Below, one piece after another: positions 1 through 10,023 of a stretch of DNA of 54,260 nucleotides. The notes under the pieces are model-generated. The model did not search any database. It was not told the origin of the DNA and was given only the letters and a program-made list of their open reading frames with translations. Position 1 is the stretch's first letter; each line of letters starts with the position of its first letter. The DNA is taken from positions 1 to 54,260 of the IMG/VR virus record IMGVR_UViG_3300047300_001096; one strand, given 5' to 3'. Both the position numbers and the translations under genes were made by a program. This DNA comes from a virus (lineage: Duplodnaviria; Caudoviricetes).

Positions 1-1411
1 CGCTAGTAGTAAATATAAGATTAAAATTTGTACGAATACGACCATCACGATCAAGTTCTGGTAAAATCTTCGAAATATAGGTATTTTGGATTTTTCCAAG
101 TTGTCGTACCTTTAAAATAGCTGCTGGAAGGGGGTGTTCTTCACTAAGTTGCTCTAGGACTTCTGCATCGGTTGAGACTGCTCCTGTTGCCGTCTTTTTT
201 CCAGTAGGGTTGAGACCAAGATAATCGAACAAGACGACACGCAGTTGCATAACACTATTAGGATTAAAAATCTTGCCAGTATCCTTTTCAAACTTTTTGA
301 CTTCTTCGAAACCATACACCACCTGTTTGGCTTTTTCAATTTCTTCATCAAGATATAGGTTGGCAGCAGCCATACGCTCTTGACTAATAGGAATTCCTAC
401 CTCCTCCATGTCCATCAAGAACAATGTACCAGGAATCAAGATTGTTTCGTATACATAACGCAATTTATCGTTAGCTTGTACAATAGGCCAGAACTTATAA
501 AATAAGTCAAAAGTTACGGCAGTATCAATACTAGCATAACGACTAATAGTATCAAAAGGAATAAGGTCGTATGTAAAATCATCTTGTAAGATGCCGTTTT
601 GCGCACAGTACGATTTCTTAAAGTCATCTAACTCTGAGTCATAGTCGCCATAATCCGTATATTTAAGTGCCAGCGGTTTTAAACCATGACTATCAGTTTC
701 ATCTAACACATAGTGCATAACCATTGTGTCATGTACTCGACTACGATCAAATGTTAAACCCAGGTGATAGGCTAACATTTTATAGTCAAACTTCATATTA
801 TGGAAAACCATTGTAAATGTACTACAAATTTTTTGCAGTAATTCTACACATTCTTCGTCCATGGCATCGCACAAGATGTATCTGCCATGTTTTGTTTTAT
901 ATGTTAGGGATACACCAAGCACATAACCATCGCGAGGGTATAATCCTGTGGTTTCTGTGTCGATTGCCACATAGCCTTGAGCATTGTCAAGAACTTCTTG
1001 TAAAAATGCTTTGGCTTCATCAGTACGGTCAATGCCTTTGAAGTCACCTTGAGCAGCGGGTTTTAGAGTACCCTTAACATACTTGTGAATACGATCACAA
1101 GCACGTTGAAAATCTGGTTTACCTTCTGGTTTAAAAGCCAACATTGCAGGATTTGAAATAGCAATGTATTTATCACTAACTAACTGACCTGCCATGTTAG
1201 TTACTGAAGTAATTTTAGCATATTCTTTGGCAGCTTCTGCACCTACAAGAATAACAAAATCATATGGTTCTAAGTCTACCTGCAAGTCTACATCTTTTTT
1301 CAGCAACTTGGTAATAGGCACACTACTCATATGGTAATGGTCAAATTCAAACTCAAAGTACTCGTGATACTTTGTACGATTTGGGGCTTTGTCAATTAGT
1401 GCGATTTTCAT
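1..1411 (-). CDS. DNA polymerase (family A, T5-type), N-terminal part; runs off the window edge
   Basis: Hand-translated from ATG 1411: MKIALIDKAPNRTKY..., resembling the T5 pol N-terminus; 3'-5' exonuclease motifs (AIDTETTG, FHNMKFD); follows primase as in T5. Confidence 0.93.
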   Translation of the reverse strand, partial: MKIALIDKAPNRTKYHEYFEFEFDHYHMSSVPITKLLKKDVDLQVDLEPYDFVILVGAEAAKEYAKITSVTNMAGQLVSDKYIAISNPAMLAFKPEGKPDFQRACDRIHKYVKGTLKPAAQGDFKGIDRTDEAKAFLQEVLDNAQGYVAIDTETTGLYPRDGYVLGVSLTYKTKHGRYILCDAMDEECVELLQKICSTFTMVFHNMKFDYKMLAYHLGLTFDRSRVHDTMVMHYVLDETDSHGLKPLALKYTDYGDYDSELDDFKKSYCAQNGILQDDFTYDLIPFDTISRYASIDTAVTFDLFYKFWPIVQANDKLRYVYETILIPGTLFLMDMEEVGIPISQERMAAANLYLDEEIEKAKQVVYGFEEVKKFEKDTGKIFNPNSVMQLRVVLFDYLGLNPTGKKTATGAVSTDAEVLEQLSEEHPLPAAILKVRQLGKIQNTYISKILPELDRDGRIRTNFNLIFTTS

Positions 1412-1438
1412 TTAATACTTTCTTATAGCGTATTTTGG

Positions 1439-2293
1439 CTATTTGGTTATATATTCTGCAATTGAGCGAACTTCGATTATATCTAGTTCGCCAGGGTCTT
1501 TGCCGTCAGGCAATTTAATAATTTCTACAATAAAGTTTTCTGCTTCAATAAGCGGTTTAAGAGTTTGGGCTGCTTTTTCTCCCGCTTCATCACCATCAAA
1601 TAATAGGTAAATGTGCGTAATGCCTTGAGCCTTAAACGGAAGTAGCTTTGACTTAGTGTCATTCTGTAATGTGTTTGTGCCGAACGCGCAGATAACATTT
1701 TCTAAACCTTTATCATATAAGTTTAGCATATCGAATATGCCTTCTACAATTACCATTGACTGGTATCCTTGTGGAAGGTGACTTGGAAATACTGGAATCT
1801 TAACACCACTAGGATAATTAATATACCTTGGATTGCCGTTTGATAGTGTATGACGACCAACAAATACTACTATTTTACCAGTAATATCTTTGATTGGAAA
1901 TATAATTCGATCTGCTAGTTTTTCTACTACATTGGTGTAAAAAGCACCAAAGTGTTTGAGTGTTTGAGGACTAACTCCACGGAACTGCTTTAGGTAAGGA
2001 GTATGCCCGTTAGGTAACTCTAATCCTAAGTGACTTGTTTTTAGCTCATTTAACTTTTCCTTGAGTGCCGCAATCTTCATAGGTACAGGATTTGTAAAAA
2101 CCCCGTAATATTTAAATAAATTTGTCTTAAAGCCACAACTAAAGCAATGAGCAACTCCAGTAACACGATCAACACGAAAACTAGGATTTGAATCTTCGTG
2201 ATCTGGGTTCAGGCATTTGATCAGGTAGTCGCGGCCGGACACACTAAATGCTAAACTGTTTTTGTTGATTAGTTCTAGTACTGGGTCGCTCAT
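1439..2293 (-). CDS. DNA primase (zinc finger + TOPRIM)
   Basis: CLNPDH...CFSC zinc finger; IVEGIFD and FDGDEAG TOPRIM motifs. Confidence 0.95.
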   Translation of the reverse strand: MSDPVLELINKNSLAFSVSGRDYLIKCLNPDHEDSNPSFRVDRVTGVAHCFSCGFKTNLFKYYGVFTNPVPMKIAALKEKLNELKTSHLGLELPNGHTPYLKQFRGVSPQTLKHFGAFYTNVVEKLADRIIFPIKDITGKIVVFVGRHTLSNGNPRYINYPSGVKIPVFPSHLPQGYQSMVIVEGIFDMLNLYDKGLENVICAFGTNTLQNDTKSKLLPFKAQGITHIYLLFDGDEAGEKAAQTLKPLIEAENFIVEIIKLPDGKDPGELDIIEVRSIAEYITK

Positions 2294-2294
2294 T

Positions 2295-3680
2295 TTAATT
2301 CCATGGTAAGTCGGATGATGTGTCGTCTTGTTTTAAGTCAGGTTGTGTTTTCTTCCCAGCTTTCTTAACAGCTTCCTTAGCGGCTGGTTTATCCACTGAC
2401 TGTGGGCTAATGCGTAGGGTGTCCCAGTCAATCGGGCATGTAAATGCCATTTCCTTGCCGCCACGAATTTTCGTCGTTTCGAAGGAGATTGCATTTGTCT
2501 CTTTATCGTGCGCCTCCATCGTGAGAGCAATATCCGCTGCGTCCAAGATTCCCTTTGCAAAACGTGCCTCTCCATCCTTGTCGATCTGGTAAGGAGATAC
2601 CATGACGATTTCATACTTGCGTGCAAGATTTTTGAGTTTCTTGGATATTTCAATTTGTGGTTTCCAGTCGTATTGGTCTGTGCCTTCTAGTACAATTTGA
2701 TTAACATAGTCTACGACTGCAACTTTTAGCTTGTCGCCAAACTTTGCTTTGGCTTTGCCAATGTGTAAGTCGATACTACTTAGGGTCAAATCGCGGTCAT
2801 CTACAATAATCATTTGATTATCTACTTTTAGTTGATGGTTTCGTACTAGATTTTCTTCGAATTTAAATCTGTCACGATGACGCATAAACTCCATTACTGT
2901 AGCATCAGCATCTTGGAACATACCTGCTCTAGCTTTTACTACTCTGAGAACTTCGTCATCTGTTAATTTGTGTTGTTTTAAGTTTTGTAAGTTAACATTA
3001 GCTAAGATAGCTAGATTACGCTCCATTGTTTCTTGAGCGGTCATCTCAATACTGAAATAAATACTACTATTACCAGACTCGTATTGATTAACGAAAATAT
3101 TGCTACTAGTAATAGATTTACCAGATCCCCTTTTACCCCCAATGAGAATGAGTTCTTGGCGAGCAACACCGCCAAGCACGGCATCAAAAGTATTATTAAG
3201 GCCAAGATAAACACGTTCTTTTTCCAAATCGTCTGGGTGGCGAAACATCATCATATCAGCCATAGTAAAGACTTTTTCTGATGTGTGCGTTTTTTCTTCA
3301 ATTGTTAATGCTAAGTTTGCTAAGTTATCTTTTATTTCGTTTGAATCGTATAGTGGTAGTTTGTCTACAAATTTGTCTAATAATTTTACCGTTTCATTTT
3401 GTGTATACTGATCAATTAGCGCATCAAGCGCCACTTCAGCTGAAACGTCAGGAACCTCGGTTAACCGAAGGGTTGCTAACGTCTTAGACGCTGGACCCTC
3501 CCTTAAGGTTAGCTCAAGATCGTCAAATGACGGAACGGCACTGTATTTCTCGTAATACTTATTTATAGCGCCGTACAAGGAAGAGTAGGCAGCGTCTAAA
3601 AATACTAATTTGAGTTTAGCCCAGATATCTAGGTTTCGCTCGCTTAGCAATTTATTTAAGACTACTGCGGATGTATCCAA
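2295..3680 (-). CDS. Replicative DnaB-like helicase
   Basis: Walker A GGKRGSGKS, FSIEM and VVDY motifs; T5 synteny. Confidence 0.93.
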   Translation of the reverse strand: MDTSAVVLNKLLSERNLDIWAKLKLVFLDAAYSSLYGAINKYYEKYSAVPSFDDLELTLREGPASKTLATLRLTEVPDVSAEVALDALIDQYTQNETVKLLDKFVDKLPLYDSNEIKDNLANLALTIEEKTHTSEKVFTMADMMMFRHPDDLEKERVYLGLNNTFDAVLGGVARQELILIGGKRGSGKSITSSNIFVNQYESGNSSIYFSIEMTAQETMERNLAILANVNLQNLKQHKLTDDEVLRVVKARAGMFQDADATVMEFMRHRDRFKFEENLVRNHQLKVDNQMIIVDDRDLTLSSIDLHIGKAKAKFGDKLKVAVVDYVNQIVLEGTDQYDWKPQIEISKKLKNLARKYEIVMVSPYQIDKDGEARFAKGILDAADIALTMEAHDKETNAISFETTKIRGGKEMAFTCPIDWDTLRISPQSVDKPAAKEAVKKAGKKTQPDLKQDDTSSDLPWN

Positions 3681-3682
3681 GA

Positions 3683-3982
3683 TTACCCTACTTTCGATTC
3701 GTTATCAATAATAACTTGGTCAATAATTTCTGTGACTTTATAGAGCACAGCTTCTCTTAATTTTTTAATATCTTGTTGATAAGCAGTATCTTTGTCATAT
3801 AAGAGACTCAACTGCTCATGAGTAATTAGTTGTTGCAAACCAAAATAGATATGATCGTATGCCATTGTACTTTCAGGCATAATTTCTATTTGTGCAGTTT
3901 TGCCGTAATTATGAACGGCTTGTTTAACAACCTCTTCTACTGTAAAAGAGTCGTTGTCATGATATGTAATTGTAACTTTCAT
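3683..3982 (-). CDS. Hypothetical protein
   Basis: Tightly packed 99-aa ORF in the replication operon. Confidence 0.75.
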   Translation of the reverse strand: MKVTITYHDNDSFTVEEVVKQAVHNYGKTAQIEIMPESTMAYDHIYFGLQQLITHEQLSLLYDKDTAYQQDIKKLREAVLYKVTEIIDQVIIDNESKVG

Positions 3983-3999
3983 ATTCGACTCGCTAAAGT

Positions 4000-4034
4000 A
4001 AAAAAGGTCGGGAGCTTTTTAAGAACTCCCGACC
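4000..4034 (-). terminator. Intrinsic terminator after D5
   Basis: GGTCGGGAG/CTCCCGACC stem followed by a T-run on the minus strand. Confidence 0.8.
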
Positions 4035-4054
4035 AATCGTGTTATAAAACTAGA

Positions 4055-4801
4055 TTAAGCAGCAGCTTTGGCTTCTGCTTTAGCCTTCTTTGCAGCACCA
4101 TCGTAATCGGCAACTTTAATGCCACGACGTGTCAACAATGTGCGAAGACCGCGTTCTGTTTTGTCCACTGCTTTAGCAATGTCAGCAACAGTCATAGTGC
4201 TGATTTTGTCGCCAAGGGCTGTAACTGGATCAACAGTTTCTTTAGCATGAGAAACGCGCTGTGCGGGAATCTTAGCAATTTGACCTTTGCGTGTCAGGCT
4301 CAAAGCCTTACCACGAACAGAGGCAACTGTTTTATTCAGGGCAGTAGCGATATCTTCGATGAAGCTACCTGCGTCAGCCATAGCGATAAACTTAGCTTCT
4401 TCAGCTTCAGTATATGTACGAGCCACTTCGACTTTTTCAGCAGGCTTCACTGAACCAGTCAATTCCAATGCCAAGAGTTTACCTTGGATTTGTTTTGCAG
4501 AGAATTTGCCACCAGCAAAAGACTCAGCGATTTCTTTGTAAGTCATGCGACCAGCGTTGTTAACAACGAAGTCAGCCAAGTTTGCGCTTTCATCAGGTGT
4601 AAAGGCACTTGTTTTTTCTTTAGCCATAGATGCAACTTCGCAATCGAGTTGACGCAACTTAGAGGCAACAGAGCGAGTTGTGAAGCCCAAAGCCTCAGCA
4701 GCACGTTCTACAGTGTCAACGCTAACAGGTGATTCGCCATTAACGATGCTCATCAATTGGTCGATAGCTTCGTCAGACCATTTTTTAGCTTTTTCAGTCA
4801 T
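4055..4801 (-). CDS. T5 D5-like DNA-binding protein (tandem HTH-like repeats)
   Basis: Repeated W/F/Y-T-x-E...IA...RSVxxKL units; lies between ligase and helicase as in T5. Confidence 0.85.
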   Translation of the reverse strand: MTEKAKKWSDEAIDQLMSIVNGESPVSVDTVERAAEALGFTTRSVASKLRQLDCEVASMAKEKTSAFTPDESANLADFVVNNAGRMTYKEIAESFAGGKFSAKQIQGKLLALELTGSVKPAEKVEVARTYTEAEEAKFIAMADAGSFIEDIATALNKTVASVRGKALSLTRKGQIAKIPAQRVSHAKETVDPVTALGDKISTMTVADIAKAVDKTERGLRTLLTRRGIKVADYDGAAKKAKAEAKAAA

Positions 4802-5555
4802 TTTTGTTTTCTTTCAAGAAAGTATTTAAGTTTGTGATAATTGTAATACCGAGAGACTCGGCTTTTTTGCGTTTTGAACTACCTTTATCTTCTTCGTCAA
4901 CTAAATAATCAGTAGCTTTAGTTACTGATTCTACTGGTGTGTAGCCTGCCTCTTCTAATGATTTGTAGGCTTCTGCTTTAGTTTTGTAAGAAGATAATTT
5001 TCCTGTGATACAAATAGTTTTTTGATTGGTATTCGTATTGGAATTCTTTTGAGATTTAAACGAGAAAGGCAAAAACTCTCTCATCTCTTGGAAATCAGTC
5101 TCAAGCCAGTTGACTAAGTTTTGGGTTACTTTGTCGCCTAATCCAGCTTGCTTGCAAGTATCGTAACTGATCTCGTCTACAGATGTGACTACATCACACA
5201 ATTTTTTACTTGCAGTAGCACCTACTAAGGGAATAGAAAAACTAGCAATAACTGTGGCTAAATCAGCAGACTTTGATCGTTCGATTTCATCCAGTAGTTT
5301 TAGTGCTACTTTCTCACTACCTAGTGATTCTACAACTTGCTCTTGATCGAGATAAAACAATTCAGTAATATCACTCAAGCCAAGTTTTTCAACTGTGCGA
5401 GAACCCATACCTTTAATGCCAAGAGTCTTACAGAAGTGTTCGACCTTTTTATTTAACTGAGCGCCACAAGCCGTGTTTCTACAAAAGAGCTGATCGTTGA
5501 CCAGTTCAAGTGGGTAATTACAGCAAGGACATTCAGTTGGTATTTCGATTCTCAT
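4794..5555 (-). CDS. NAD-dependent DNA ligase subunit B (Zn finger, HhH, BRCT)
   Basis: CPCC...C...C finger, IKGMG HhH, ICITGKL BRCT; split ligase as in T5. Confidence 0.92.
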   Translation of the reverse strand: MRIEIPTECPCCNYPLELVNDQLFCRNTACGAQLNKKVEHFCKTLGIKGMGSRTVEKLGLSDITELFYLDQEQVVESLGSEKVALKLLDEIERSKSADLATVIASFSIPLVGATASKKLCDVVTSVDEISYDTCKQAGLGDKVTQNLVNWLETDFQEMREFLPFSFKSQKNSNTNTNQKTICITGKLSSYKTKAEAYKSLEEAGYTPVESVTKATDYLVDEEDKGSSKRKKAESLGITIITNLNTFLKENKND

Positions 5556-5641
5556 AGTTTATTTATCAATTTAAGTATCTATTATACTTGATTAAGTCGC
5601 CTCGGACAAGTGAAAATTTCTCTTGCCCTTGGCTAAAAATT

Positions 5642-6598
5642 TTATGCATCTACTTTGTGAAGTATGCAAGGGATAATTTCACCTGATCTAATTATGGCTA
5701 CGGTGTCTCCGATTTGGAGGTCAAGCATTTCAATAAAACCAGGGTTATTAAGAGTAGCCCGACTGACGAGGGCATCGCCAATATAAACAGGCTCAAGAAT
5801 AGCAACTGGAGTGACTTTGCCACTTTTGCCAACTTGCCATTCAACATCAAGGAGTTTAGTTTCAACATGAGCTGCTCGCTCTTTCTTTGCATATGCACCA
5901 CGTGGATGCTTGGCTGTGTATCCCATTTCTTGGAATACTTGGTTATCATTTACACGAAATACTACACCATCACAAGGATAGATTTTATCCAAGTCAGGTT
6001 CGCTGATTACATTGAATCCGAACTGCTTAAGCATAACTAAATCTTGACGATAAGTTGTAGTAATGCATGGCTGAGAACCATAGGCAAAGAAACTCAGCGC
6101 ACGAGTACTAAACTCTGTTGAATCTTTTAAGTTAAGTGAGCCTGCTGCATAATTACGAGCATTTTCAATATACTTTGGAGCAACAATCTCGCCAGTAATT
6201 TGCACAACGCCTGTTAATGGAATTGTATGTGGAACTAATCCAGTATGGCTCAAGATTTTGTCAGTAATGATTTGACCCTCAACACCATCACCACGAGTTA
6301 ATGCCCGTACAAGTGTGCCATCAACATACAGTAAGCTAATAGCAGCACCATCGAGCTTGGCAGTAGTAACAATATCACTAATGCCTTCCAAAGGACGTTT
6401 TTGATCTTCATCTTCGTAATACTTTTGTAGTGAATACATTTGATAAACATGACGCTCGACATTGCCGTGCTGCTTAGCACCAACGGCATTATATCCGATC
6501 GACTCTGCAAGTCGATCGAACTGGTCGTCACTAATGATCGGAGCACCACTGTAATAGGCTCGCGAAGCTAAATTTAAATATTGTTCAAGTTTATTCAT
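5642..6598 (-). CDS. NAD-dependent DNA ligase subunit A (adenylation + OB domains)
   Basis: MYSL, KLDG, TRGDG, DGVV and RATLNN motifs. Confidence 0.95.
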   Translation of the reverse strand: MNKLEQYLNLASRAYYSGAPIISDDQFDRLAESIGYNAVGAKQHGNVERHVYQMYSLQKYYEDEDQKRPLEGISDIVTTAKLDGAAISLLYVDGTLVRALTRGDGVEGQIITDKILSHTGLVPHTIPLTGVVQITGEIVAPKYIENARNYAAGSLNLKDSTEFSTRALSFFAYGSQPCITTTYRQDLVMLKQFGFNVISEPDLDKIYPCDGVVFRVNDNQVFQEMGYTAKHPRGAYAKKERAAHVETKLLDVEWQVGKSGKVTPVAILEPVYIGDALVSRATLNNPGFIEMLDLQIGDTVAIIRSGEIIPCILHKVDA

Positions 6599-6623
6599 AA
6601 GTATTATTATACCAGTTTAAGCA

Positions 6624-6923
6624 TTACAAATCAAGATTATTTTCTTCTCGCAGTATCTTAGCGGCATAGTGACGAATAATATCTTCGCCTTCGGCCCGTG
6701 AACAAATATCCAATAATCCGTCTAGCAGACTATAGATATTTTCTGTGGATGCAGGAATCGAGATGCCTTCTCGTGATGCTTGCCAGTCACCTTCATAGGT
6801 AAGAAAGTATTTGCGAAGTTGGATATATTCAATTTCTCGAAATTCGTTTACAACCAATCGAACCTGGAAACCTTTGTCCATGTTTTCTTCGATTAGTTTG
6901 TTGTAGTGAATATTGTCATCCAT
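6624..6923 (-). CDS. PC4/p15-like ssDNA-binding protein
   Basis: EFRExEYIQLRKYF...W...REGISIP pattern; T5 synteny upstream of the ligase. Confidence 0.75.
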   Translation of the reverse strand: MDDNIHYNKLIEENMDKGFQVRLVVNEFREIEYIQLRKYFLTYEGDWQASREGISIPASTENIYSLLDGLLDICSRAEGEDIIRHYAAKILREENNLDL

Positions 6924-7549
6924 TAGATTTTAACTCCTAGTTCACGCAAGTGTTCTAAGCTAGCAAGTTCGCTAACTTCTTGATACGCTGATTGCAACCA
7001 ACGATCTGATAACAACCAAATGCGATATACAAATCCGTACTTGTCAGATTTTTGTTCTGCATCAATGCGTGCAATTGAATCATAGCGTGAACTATAAACA
7101 ACTTCACCAATTTTGAATCGGTCACGAATTGCGCCGTCTGGAATCAGTTCTGGTGTAAAGTAACTAGATCCAGGCACACGAATTGGCACACTATTACCTT
7201 CTAGTACATCTTTGATAAATTTACTGCTACGATAAGTCATCTTTGAGATAGCGTCTACAGTTTCACCATTTAAGTACTCTGAAATAATATAAATTTTTTC
7301 TTCCTGCGTTGCAGGTTTACCGCGAAGTTGTGACTTGCGCTGTGCGGTGCGAACTTGTTTTTGTTTATATTCTTCAATAATAGTACCCAGTCGAGTAGTA
7401 TTATAACTCATGCCTAACATAGCGCAAGCGTCTTTTTTGGTAATAGGTTTCTTACCTTCTTCTGTAGGTTCGAGCAAACGAATGACACGGCTAATATTAG
7501 CATCAGTCATCATTTCTTCTTCACTAGCGGAACGCTTGCGTGTTGCCAT
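6923..7549 (-). CDS. T5 D2-like protein
   Basis: TKKDACAMLG, YRS, YRIWLLS and ELASLEHL resemble T5 D2; start moved to ATG 7549 with an AGGA RBS. Confidence 0.8.
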   Translation of the reverse strand: MATRKRSASEEEMMTDANISRVIRLLEPTEEGKKPITKKDACAMLGMSYNTTRLGTIIEEYKQKQVRTAQRKSQLRGKPATQEEKIYIISEYLNGETVDAISKMTYRSSKFIKDVLEGNSVPIRVPGSSYFTPELIPDGAIRDRFKIGEVVYSSRYDSIARIDAEQKSDKYGFVYRIWLLSDRWLQSAYQEVSELASLEHLRELGVKI

Positions 7550-7550
7550 G

Positions 7551-7748
7551 TTATTTTCCTTTTTTGATTCGGTTGATAGCTTTGGTTTTTTCTGAAGGCA
7601 CTTTCTTTTCGAGTTCTGCTTTAGCACAAGCTATTCGCACATCTCGGAGCAGGGCTTCATCATCCCACTCTAGCTTTGTTGACCCGTCTAGGTAAGTAGT
7701 AACTGTTAAGTGACTACCTTTATTGACTTTGAGTACTTTATTGACCAT
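7551..7748 (-). CDS. Hypothetical protein
   Basis: Short ORF filling the gap between D3-like and D2-like. Confidence 0.65.
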   Translation of the reverse strand: MVNKVLKVNKGSHLTVTTYLDGSTKLEWDDEALLRDVRIACAKAELEKKVPSEKTKAINRIKKGK

Positions 7749-7751
7749 AAT

Positions 7752-7776
7752 AAAAAAGGCGGCACAAAGCCGCCTG
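7752..7776 (-). terminator. Intrinsic terminator
   Basis: AGGCGGC/GCCGCCT stem plus T6. Confidence 0.75.
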
Positions 7777-7778
7777 TA

Positions 7779-8135
7779 TCATTTCAGGATTGACAAGAAG
7801 TAAACAGCAGCCTTACCAGTAAGTTTGCTGAGAATATCTTCGTCTACTTCTTTGCCTGCGGCTTCAATAGCCGTACGCAATTCTGCGATTGAAGATTCTT
7901 TTGACACACGCTTTGTGCCTTCGCCACTGGGTTTAGCAGTTTTGGTAGGAGCAGAGCCTGCTTCTTTTTTCACATAGACACCAGCCTGTACCAGTACCAT
8001 GCGCACACCATTAGGAGACATTTCGATTTCTTCTGCAATGTCTTTGATGATTTCAGTTGAAGACTCAGGTGTTGGACCTGCTGCTTCGTATTTTTCAATA
8101 ACTTCTTTTTTGAGTTCGTCTGTCCAAGTTGCCAT
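7779..8135 (-). CDS. T5 D3-like DNA-binding protein
   Basis: WTDE...EIIKDIAEE...SPNGVRMVL..AGVYVKK pattern. Confidence 0.78.
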   Translation of the reverse strand: MATWTDELKKEVIEKYEAAGPTPESSTEIIKDIAEEIEMSPNGVRMVLVQAGVYVKKEAGSAPTKTAKPSGEGTKRVSKESSIAELRTAIEAAGKEVDEDILSKLTGKAAVYFLSILK

Positions 8136-8147
8136 TATATGCTTTCT

Positions 8148-8396
8148 TTAGTGTTGAGTTTTTTGTGTTTTTGGATTGCCTGATTTTACCAAATCATTTT
8201 CTATTAATGAATTGTAAGCAGCTTCGTACGCACATACTATAGTATATAGGTTTTCTGTGGGTATAAGGCTGTCGGGAAGTGCATCAGGCATACTATGTGT
8301 ACGAATACACATTTCTTCGATTTTAGTACGAATTTGTAAACTTACTTTAACTGCGTCTAACAGTATCTCACTATCCCAAGTCTTGAATTTAGACAT
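8148..8396 (-). CDS. Hypothetical protein
   Basis: ORF in a packed operon. Confidence 0.7.
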   Translation of the reverse strand: MSKFKTWDSEILLDAVKVSLQIRTKIEEMCIRTHSMPDALPDSLIPTENLYTIVCAYEAAYNSLIENDLVKSGNPKTQKTQH

Positions 8397-8661
8397 AGTC
8401 TGTGGTAACTTCGGTCATTTGTTTGGGAATAAATCTACGATAGTTGTGACGCAAATCATATTGTGCCAACTTTTCCATTACTTGATTGTGATGGTCGTTT
8501 TTCATTGCACTGAACTCACGACAAAAATCCACAAAGTCAGATTCGCTGAGTTGTGTAACATCAATGCCTTCGATGTGTTCACTAGGCGATACAAGTGGGA
8601 TCACTGCACGCTTGCTTGTTGAACCATCGGATTTTGTATATGTAAATTCTATGTAATTCAT
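8389..8661 (-). CDS. Hypothetical protein (WYL-like fold possible)
   Basis: IEFTYTK.DG..S.R...RRF pattern; own promoter. Confidence 0.65.
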   Translation of the reverse strand: MNYIEFTYTKSDGSTSKRAVIPLVSPSEHIEGIDVTQLSESDFVDFCREFSAMKNDHHNQVMEKLAQYDLRHNYRRFIPKQMTEVTTDYV

Positions 8662-8691
8662 GTTGGTCTTTCTTTAGTCATTTAAGTATAT

Positions 8692-8720
8692 ATTATACCG
8701 CTTTTGCAGTTTAGGGTCAA
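8692..8720 (-). promoter_or_regulatory. Sigma70-like promoter whose -35 overlaps the TGACCCTAAACTG motif
   Basis: TTGACC-17-TATAAT on the minus strand. Confidence 0.75.
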
Positions 8721-8730
8721 ATACAAATTT

Positions 8731-8994
8731 TTAAGTTTGACTTTCGGTTACCGCACGACGAATACCAAGTTCAAAGCGTTGTGCAAAACTTGGTATAAAA
8801 ATAGGCAGCACTGTAAACGGAGCAACAATTGATGTTATTATAATATAAATAACATAGCTTGTCCAGGTACTTTCAGTAAAAGTATTTTCAATGTCTAACT
8901 GTCTAGCTATGTTAATAGCAGGTGCTAAAAATAAAATACAACTAGTAATACCTGTGGTTAATGCAAATAAAATGTATAGCTCAATTACTTCCAT
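8731..8994 (-). CDS. Small membrane protein
   Basis: Two hydrophobic segments. Confidence 0.7.
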   Translation of the reverse strand: MEVIELYILFALTTGITSCILFLAPAINIARQLDIENTFTESTWTSYVIYIIITSIVAPFTVLPIFIPSFAQRFELGIRRAVTESQT

Positions 8995-9377
8995 ACTAAG
9001 TTACCTTTAGAATCGTGTGCCCGAGCACCCAAACTAAAGCTAACTTTACCTTCGATGACTTTTAACTTAGTTTCATCGGGGCGATATGCTAATGCCACTG
9101 ACTGAACCTTTGGATTACTACTAAAAAGATCAGCACTTGCGCGACCAGTAAATTCTTTAAACAATTTTGCAAGCCTAATGTTGCCATGACTCCATACAGT
9201 TTTACTACTAGGAGTCTGTCTACGATACTTAATATTTGCTAATGCGTCTTTGATCTGTTCGTTATTAGGTTGTTGCTTTAATAATCGTGTTAATTTGATT
9301 TTTCTGTTTGTAGCCCAGCGAGTGCTAGATTTGTACAATGCAGAATATGCTTGTTTAGATTTACTTACTGCCGCCAT
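8985..9377 (-). CDS. Hypothetical basic protein
   Basis: 130-aa ORF in operon. Confidence 0.7.
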   Translation of the reverse strand: MAAVSKSKQAYSALYKSSTRWATNRKIKLTRLLKQQPNNEQIKDALANIKYRRQTPSSKTVWSHGNIRLAKLFKEFTGRASADLFSSNPKVQSVALAYRPDETKLKVIEGKVSFSLGARAHDSKGNLVWK

Positions 9378-9380
9378 AGA

Positions 9381-9710
9381 TTACTCCGCTGTGTCAAAGT
9401 CTACTTCGAACTCATCGTGCCATGCTTTAACAACATAGCCTTTGACAAAAGACTCAGAACGATCTGTTAGTTCTTGAGCGCGTTTAATAGCTTCATTAAC
9501 TGTTAATACTTCTTGCAGTGCAGCAATCAACTCTGGAATAGCTTCAATATGCAATGGAATAAAACGCTTACAACCATCAAAGATTGAAATTTCTTCTAAA
9601 CCACCAGGATTAGTGCCATGCTCTACTCCATAGTAAAATTGGTTGTCACTAACTGTAAACAAACCATCAGCAAAAGTGTCATTGTTAGCATCACCAAAAT
9701 AAATTTTCAT
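9381..9710 (-). CDS. Hypothetical protein
   Basis: Start at ATG 9710 with an AAGGA RBS and an upstream promoter. Confidence 0.7.
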   Translation of the reverse strand: MKIYFGDANNDTFADGLFTVSDNQFYYGVEHGTNPGGLEEISIFDGCKRFIPLHIEAIPELIAALQEVLTVNEAIKRAQELTDRSESFVKGYVVKAWHDEFEVDFDTAE

Positions 9711-9790
9711 TGTGTTTCCTTGTGTTAAAATTGTGTGGAGAACTTGTATTATATCAAAAGTAGTATAAGAGTTCAAGTGAGTATTTTACA

Positions 9791-9818
9791 AACAAAAAAC
9801 CCAGCTTAACGCTGGGTT
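9791..9818 (-). terminator. Intrinsic terminator of the rubrerythrin operon
   Basis: AACCCAGC/GCTGGGTT stem plus T-run. Confidence 0.8.
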
Positions 9819-9895
9819 GGATGTATTACTGGATGTGGTATAAACTTTGGTTTAGGATTATTTAATAGTGGATGTGGAATAAATTGTGGTTTCAT
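9806..9895 (-). CDS. 29-aa Pro/His-rich peptide MKPQFIPHPLLNNPKPKFIPHPVIHPTQR
   Basis: ATGA overlap with the rubredoxin stop; internal KPxFIPHP repeat; not in the ORF track. Confidence 0.5.
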   Translation of the reverse strand: MKPQFIPHPLLNNPKPKFIPHPVIHPTQR

Positions 9896-10023
9896 TCCAT
9901 TACTACATAGTCTTCTTTACCTACACCACACTCTGGACAAGTAAAGTTATCTGGCAGTGTTTCCCACTTACCTTCTAATTCTTCATCATGAATGTGTCCG
10001 CATACGATGCAAATTTTATCCAT
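9892..10023 (-). CDS. Rubredoxin (43 aa)
   Basis: Hand translation MDKICIVCGHIHDEELEGKWETLPDNFTCPECGVGKEDYVVME: CxxCG...W..LP..F.CPxCG; TAATG-coupled to rubrerythrin. Confidence 0.92.
   Translation of the reverse strand: MDKICIVCGHIHDEELEGKWETLPDNFTCPECGVGKEDYVVME

Noticed and set aside
4794-6598. Split DNA ligase as a novelty or pseudogene
   Set aside because: A two-gene NAD ligase is the known T5 arrangement
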